Part shown: piece after piece, positions 57,519 to 64,000 of the stretch
Layout of the letters: every line of letters begins with the position of its first letter
Position numbering within the stretch: the first letter of the stretch is position 1
From: Schmidtea polychroa
Lineage: Eukaryota
Assembly: GCA_044892525.1 (NCBI GenBank)
Contig: CM097885.1
Location: 20,646,001 to 20,710,000, forward strand
Length of the DNA stretch: 64,000 nt
Direction: 5' to 3'
Position numbers and translations under genes: made by a program
The notes under the pieces: generated by a model
Databases searched by the model: none
What the model saw: only the letters and a program-made list of their open reading frames with translations
Told to the model about the DNA's origin: nothing

Positions 57519-57667
57519 TTAAACAATTAAATGATAATCTAAGCCTTTTGCTGCGAATAATATATTTAATACAAATGAAATATATTATTTGCAACAAAAA
57601 GCTTAAATTATCATTTAATTGTTTAAAATTTAATTAATGCTGCTACCAAGAAATCATCACTTTATAC

Positions 57668-57735
<68 letters not shown>
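57270..57735. repeat. Three (AAT)n microsatellites separating a ~200 bp direct duplication
   Basis: Long AAT runs; repeated AAATGCTGCTACCAAGAAATCATCA block. Confidence 0.85.
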
Positions 57736-57747
<12 letters not shown>

Positions 57748-57809
57748 CTATTAAATAAGTCAAAATATTATTAAAATGTAAAACATTTTACCTTTTCAAC
57801 AATAATTTT

Positions 57810-58280
57810 GAGGGACATGTAATTATTTTCTTCTTTGAGTATCATAACCTCAGATTCAATCTTTTTTTCAGATTTCAAAAGTTTTACCGTACAAACTACT
57901 GTTTAATAATTTGTAATAGTTCTTTTCCGTTGTATTCGAGGATTTTACTCGTAATTCTGTTTTGATGTCCACACACCTTTTGAATTTTCACTATTTTCAT
58001 TTCCAATAACATGAATATTTTCAGAAATTTACAAAGCAATACATATTTACATTTTAGGAACAAGTATCAACAAATGTTTCTCTACTTTTGATCCTTCTGG
58101 ACAAATATTTTCAGCTGCAACAGGCAAATCGTCCAACAAGTGATGAATTTCTTCTGGAATATCCAAGCCTATTTCCATAGTGTTTGTTGCTAAGTCATAT
58201 GGGAATATTCCTTTTGAATCCACCATTGATCCATTGAATTGAGAATTTGTCAATGATAAGCCGTTTTAATTTTTCACAGA
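57810..58280 (-). pseudogene. Deleted, rearranged fragment of a second Maverick pPolB
   Basis: SKGIFPYDLAT, LDIPEEIHHLLDDLPVA..KVEKHLL and LYGKTF..NLKKRLNLRL match three separate parts of the 35561-38566 protein. Confidence 0.75.
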
Positions 58281-59982
58281 TTTTGCCAGAGAATCGGTAA
58301 CCCTCTGACCGCGTTTTTTTTTCAAATTTGATTAAAAAAATGTATTTTTATAAATAATGATAGTACGTAGGAATCGGGATGCATAAAATTATCAGCATAG
58401 AAAGACAGCTTGAACGGGGAAATCGCAGAATAGCAACATGAGTAAACATAAATAAATGCGAGCACGTCCAAATCGCGGGACACTCGGTCAGACGGTTAGC
58501 AAACTGGTAGAAATCTCTGAATCTGATTGAAATTCAGTTTATGTTTATAATCAAATGGGAGAATCCTTCACTTACTAACGGAATACGGCTAAGAATCCAT
58601 TTCGGAAATTTATTTATTCTATATTTTAAAATATTGTGTAAATTATATCATCTAAAGTTATGAGATACAACTGGCATCATTCTCAACATGCCTTGGAGGC
58701 TGGACCGAGATACTTACCAGTTAAATAATCATAATACTGAACTTTTATTCTTATTACATAAATAGCATGTCTATTTGATTTCGTGTTATTGTACTGAGTT
58801 GATTTTTTCATGATACAAAGTAACAAACCCCTGCGTCACCTTTGGTTTCATGGGTTTCTTTTGGCCCATCTCTCAACACTTCTAATGCTTCTATTATTTC
58901 CTCAGTGTGCTTGATGCTTCGAACTCATCCCGTTTCACTAGCTCTCTTTACGTTAATTGGAAAATTTTTCTTAAGAACATTCCACCTATGGATGGAGCTT
59001 GAGAAGAATAAGAACAACTTTTCAACAGTGCCAAAGAAAGTAACAAACAGTGCACCAACACCAGTTGCTTGTACACCAGCAAGATTGAGCGAGTGATTAT
59101 TACAAGGAACAAACAGTGCATTGGGATTCATATCCATAAATGTGTCCAGCCATAGGTACCGCATTGTTGTAGCTTTGTCCGTAGCAATTTTCCAGCCTAA
59201 GGCAGCCTGCGTGCAACTTTTCACAAATCAGTTCTGAGATAACATCAGCTGATTTACCATGTAACTGAATAAATTCAATGAAAGACTCTACCACCCAAAC
59301 CACCGTATCTTCGATGTCAACATATGGAATTACTTGAGCCATTTTCTCAGTGTGAGAGATATCGAAAGTCCCGTCAAACATTATAGGAAAATATCTGGCC
59401 TTTTTATTTTATGGATTTTGGCTGATCTAATGTGATCACCGAGTAGGTTGATGAACTCTTTTTGGATCTGTGGAGAAAGATATGACACAATGTATCCACC
59501 TTTCTCATTAACGTTGTGAACATGTTCATTGGCAACTGAGTCATATTTGGCAATTAACTTGAAAATTTCTAGGAAATTCCCACAGTTGTCATTCTTGCTT
59601 AGGTCTTCCAAGTGGCCACACAAGAGTAACATTTGTCTGGCTAGATACATGATGTAATCAAGTATTCTAGTTAAAATTGCCTTCCATTTCTCAAATGACT
59701 TCTGTTGTGCAAGATGGGCAGCAGCATCAATAGTCTCATGTAACGTTTTTTATTGTTTTAAAACATTTTTTTATTAAAAAGAACAATTTTGTTTTAAACT
59801 GATTTGTATTGATTTTTAAAATCATATTTTTGCAAAAGTAGTCTATTAACGATACGCGTCGATTTCAACAAATGTTAAAGATAGGAAAGGGTAGAAAAAA
59901 AGGATCGCATTGGGATAACTTTGGAGAGCCATTTTTGGATACGAATTTAAGACTCCACGTGTTCTATGTAATTACTGTGGCT

Positions 59983-61045
59983 CTAATTTTGCGTCTGCGG
60001 TGGAAAATATGAAGACTCACATTTCCAATTGTAGCAAGACACCACGTAGTGTAGGTCATTTGCCTTTATTTTTAATAAGTGCAACACCTTCTGGTCTTGA
60101 ATTTGCTTATCGTGAATGTAACTCACAATCATTTGCTGATGTGTTAAAGTCTTCGCAAGCCAAGCCATCTCCAAAAGAAGATCTTTTGTCTATGCTTCAT
60201 GCTAGTGCTTACCCACGCAAGACTAAAGAGCAAATGAAAACTTTGGATCGAGCTTTTAACGATGCATGAGTGAACAATTAAGGAAAGCTGCTGCAATTAC
60301 TGTTGGCATTGATGGGGCTACAAATGTTTTATCAAGAAGTATGTCGAACGTAATTGCGCATACTCCGCACCCATGGTTTATTGAGTATCTTCGAGCAGAT
60401 TTACAAAAAGAATCCGCACAAGAGTTGACTGATAAAGTAAAAGATATTCTCGAGCGTCTGAAAAACTTCTCAGGTCAAAAAGCTACAGGATTTATCTCGG
60501 ATTCTTGCTATTTTATGCGATGTACTTAAAAAAGTTTAATTATATCTAAGACTATCAAGAATCAAGGTCTACCAAACAAAATTTACAGTGACTTATGCAA
60601 AGAATATCTTAAAAGGATGCTTGGTATGATTCTCTACTCAGCTTCTAGATGGTCTTCAGTGAATTATATGTTTTTCCGGCTTCAAAGCGTTAAGAAACCT
60701 ATAACAGCTCTTCCTACATGCATCGCAAATGAAAAAGAAGAGCGCTCTATTGATAATACTTTCGAATTATCTTCTTTTATTTCTATTATTATTGATCCTT
60801 CTTTCTGGAAAGGTGTTACTTTTGCGATAAAAAATTGATCCAATTTGCAAGTGTATTGGGACTCTAGAAAGTGAAACTGCAACAATGGCAACAAGATACG
60901 CGAGCTTTGTTTATACTTACATTCAGATTAAGAATGTTCTTGAAGGTGAAAATTGTAATCGCATGCTTGAGCAGCTTATATATCGTTGGACGAGAATTTA
61001 TTCACCAGTACATGCACTGGCCTTTTCTGGGATCCATTCTATTAT
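59983..61045 (+). pseudogene. hAT-superfamily transposase relic (DUF659-like type)
   Basis: GIDGATNV..SNVIAHTP, SRWSSVNYMF..L, RW..IYSPVHALAF; multiple stops. Confidence 0.65.
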
Positions 61046-62430
61046 TTAATGCGAAAAATTACGAGTGAGAATCGGGAATTTAAAGAACGATGGGAAATTG
61101 ATTATATGTTTGTGAAGCAGAAAGAAATTTATCTGTGTTTGATATGCCGGATGAATACTACTATATGTAAAGAATATAATCTGAAGCGTCATTATCAATC
61201 ACAGCATGCAGACAAATATTCGAAATATAATGGTGAGTCGAGAATCGTCATACTTGAAAATTTAAAAAAACAATTTAACCAGCAAACATCAATTATCCCC
61301 CTCGCATGTAAGGTTCAGGATGCATCTGTTTATGCTTCTTATGCAGTTGCAAAAGAAATTGCCAAAGCCAAAAAGCCATTTACTGATGGTGAAATTATTA
61401 AGAAGTGTGCAATTAAAATGGCTCAAGCATTTGGAACTTATGAGGAACTTATGAGAATTTATGAGGAACTCAAAAATGTTGTTTGCATGTATAGTGGTTT
61501 TGAAAAATGCACTGCCATTGTACTTGATGGAGGAAAATCAATGGTCGGGAAAAATATAGGACACGCTGGACTGCTAAAACAAAATGGTATTAATTGTCAA
61601 ATGTTGCATTGCATTATTCACCAGCAAGCTTTATGTGGAAACATTATGGGATTAAGTTGCACGATGAGTACAATTATTAAAATAAAAAATGCAATAAGAG
61701 GCGGAAACCGCGCACTCATTCATCGTAAATTCAAACAATTTCTTGAAGAACTTGATGCCCAATATGGTGATCTACTTTTGCATAGCCAAGTTCGCTGGTT
61801 AAGTGCCGGGAAATGCCTTAAAAGATTTTTTCAACTTCGTAAAGAAATTAAACTTTTTCTTATGGAAACAGAATTGGATTCGTCATTTATAGCCAGTTTT
61901 AATGAAAAAACATTTTTAATTTCATTAGCATTTTTAGCAGATATTACCGAATATTTGAATGTTTTGAACAAAAACTGACGAATTTTTTAAATCAAGGCTG
62001 GAGACAGGGGTAAATTTATTCAAAATGTTTCCAAACGACAAATATCCAAAATTGCGCGATTTGGGCTTAAAATTAATTTCTATGTTTGGTAGTACATATA
62101 TTTGTGAACGAGCATTTTCTGACATGAAATTTATCAAATCTAAATATAGAAATTCAATGACCGACAAAACACTAGAAGAAATTTTAAGAATTTCTTCAAC
62201 TAAAATTGATATAAATATCGAAGTTCTTGTAGCTACCCATATAAATAAGCAGTTTTCACATTAATAAATATTATGTTAATATTTTTTTTCTTTTTTTTCT
62301 TGAACTATGAACTAATAAAATACTAAAAAAAATTATAAATGACTTTTAATTAAAATTTATAGTATATGGCACGCCAAACCTACAAAAAGATAAAATTGGC
62401 ACACATGTACAGAAAAGTTGGACAGCGCTG
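61045..62430 (+). mobile_element. Internally deleted SPIN/Buster-type hAT element
   Basis: WEIDYMF..CLIC..KEYNLKRHY..H, HCIIHQQALC, RWLSAGKCLKRF and MFGSTYICERAFS..KSKYRN; 3' TIR GTTGGACAGCGCTG followed by AACTAGAT (nnnTAnnn). Confidence 0.85.
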
Positions 62431-64000
62431 AACTAGATGAACAAGAAAATCTTTTGCATGCGCTTCCTAACACTATCATTGTCAATCCCAACGATATTCA
62501 TGATTCATTTTTGTTTGGAGATGACAATTAATCTATTCTTTAATTTACAATTTCAAAATAAAAATGATATTTCAATTATATTTTTTTATTTTATTAAATT
62601 TACTTTAATTTCAAACGTTTTTATTTTAAAACAGTTTTATTAAAAAACGTTTTTAAACGTTTTAAAACATTTTATTTTAAATTCAAAAAAAACGAACGTT
62701 TCAATACTCTTGTTTATTTAGCCGCATTTCAAATTCTTTCCACATAGTAAACGCACTGAGGTGATATGAATGGCAATTATGCTCTAATAGTCTGAGATTT
62801 AGCTTTATCCATTCATTAAATCAAGTTAGCTTTCCAAAAGAACTTATCCCTTTGTTCTGTATGAAAGCCTATAAGGAAAGCAATATGCTGCACATTTTAC
62901 AGGAGAAAACGCCAGCCATGTCCTTAAAATGGTTTCACCATTTTCCAAAGTCATGTAAACCCATTCTTTTGAAAATGACCTATCTTAGCTATCTTTTAAA
63001 AACAATATATCCATATTCTACAGTTCCACGGCCCCTTTCTGTTAAAGTTTAGTCTTCAAAGTACCGCCAACAGCTTTAGGCCAGTAGCCAATATCATTGA
63101 AAACTAAAATCTCTTCAGTCTCTGGCTTTAAAGCGACCGCAAGCAAAGTTGCAAATGTTTCTGAAGCAACATCAATGTCCCAAGAAACTGAATCAGGCTC
63201 CCTGTTATCTTTATTGTTTACTCTGACTATACGTGTTTTTTTCTTAACTCATTTGGAGTTGGAATAAAGCTATTTTAAGATAACTTACATAATTTAGATA
63301 TTTGTGTTCGGTGCCAGCTTTAGACAATTTTGAAATAATGCCACTCTAGGTGGTTAATCAGCTTGCGTAATCTGTTAACAAGGGGGTGATCGAAGTGCGA
63401 GCCTTAGACAATTTGGTGCTACATAAAAGGTGCTATATAAAAAGTGATATTAGTAGCACGAAGGACAACAAATTATTTTCAAATATTTTAAAATTTTTCA
63501 TAAATTTGCCACCCTTAAAATAATGTCGCTCAAGGAAGCAGCCTATAATTAAATCCGGCACTTCTTGTGTTAATTTCTAGACCAAATAATATGAACAGAG
63601 TTTGATGCATGTACAGGTACACATTTATGACATGTAGTCAAAAGAAATTGAATAATTAGACATATTCTTGAGTAAATACACCTAGATATAATTAAACACT
63701 TCAACTCTCCTCTAATTTATTTTAAACTTACTTATCTAAACTATGTCACTTGAATCTAACTCATATTCTATCTGGGTGTGGTAGATTCAATTTGGAAATT
63801 ATGTATTTCTTTTAGTAATTTTTAGGGCTTGATAAAAAAGCATGCATTACACCTCTCACAGACTGATGATTAATTTACAGAGAAATTCTGCTACTTCTGA
63901 GAATATGTGCACACATTCAAATTTAACTATTATATCATAACTATTAGATCATCGTTTATATTTTTCCTACAATAGTGGGTCTTTTTCGAGATGGGAAAAT

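Larger units (their letters stand above)
58842..63260 (-). pseudogene. hAT transposase (TTF-zinc-finger/ZMYM1-like type) in two pieces, ~62702-63260 and ~58842-59741
   Basis: N-part: NDIGYWP, RTWLAFS..YCFP, H..H..AFTMWKEFEMRL. C-part: ETID, GNFLEIFKL, YLSPQIQKE, FDGTFDISH, GQSYNNA..MAG, FVPCNNHSLNL. Confidence 0.7.

Noticed and set aside
53780-58300. AACCCT motifs at ~53784 and ~58284 resembling piggyBac ends
   Set aside because: No TTAA TSD and no matching inverted partner found.

Overview
AT-rich eukaryotic window with very short spliceosomal introns. The style resembles a planarian or other flatworm, but that is inference only. Several N gaps are present. About 80-85% of the window is mobile DNA. 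(1) 1-~12 kb is the 3' half of a giant Ty3/Gypsy LTR retrotransposon. Its integrase runs into ankyrin repeats and is followed by a same-strand train of cargo ORFs: a membrane protein, a small coiled-coil, a full TRAF (RING-ZnF-CC-MATH), an IAP (BIR..RING), two coiled-coil proteins and a type I membrane protein. (2) 13-21 kb holds a diverged ~4.1 kb tandem duplication carrying an AT-hook ORF, a coiled-coil ORF and a conserved multi-hairpin element. (3) One clear host gene, ABCF1-like, has 5 coding exons at 21566-24609. (4) Decayed Gypsy elements and solo LTRs lie at 25.6-32.3 kb and 54.9-55.8 kb. (5) A complete Maverick/Polinton spans 33988-50659, with AGTAG termini, >1.1 kb TIRs and a 6-bp TGTTGC TSD, inserted in a Tc1/mariner relic. 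It has the full core gene set plus a TBP-like gene, a spliced Bcl-2 homologue, a putative GPI-anchored glycoprotein and several 37-54 nt introns. (6) Nested hAT relics lie at 58.8-63.3 kb. The main result is that two unrelated giant mobile elements each carry host-derived cell-death or survival regulators: TRAF+IAP+ankyrin in the retrotransposon and Bcl-2 in the Maverick.
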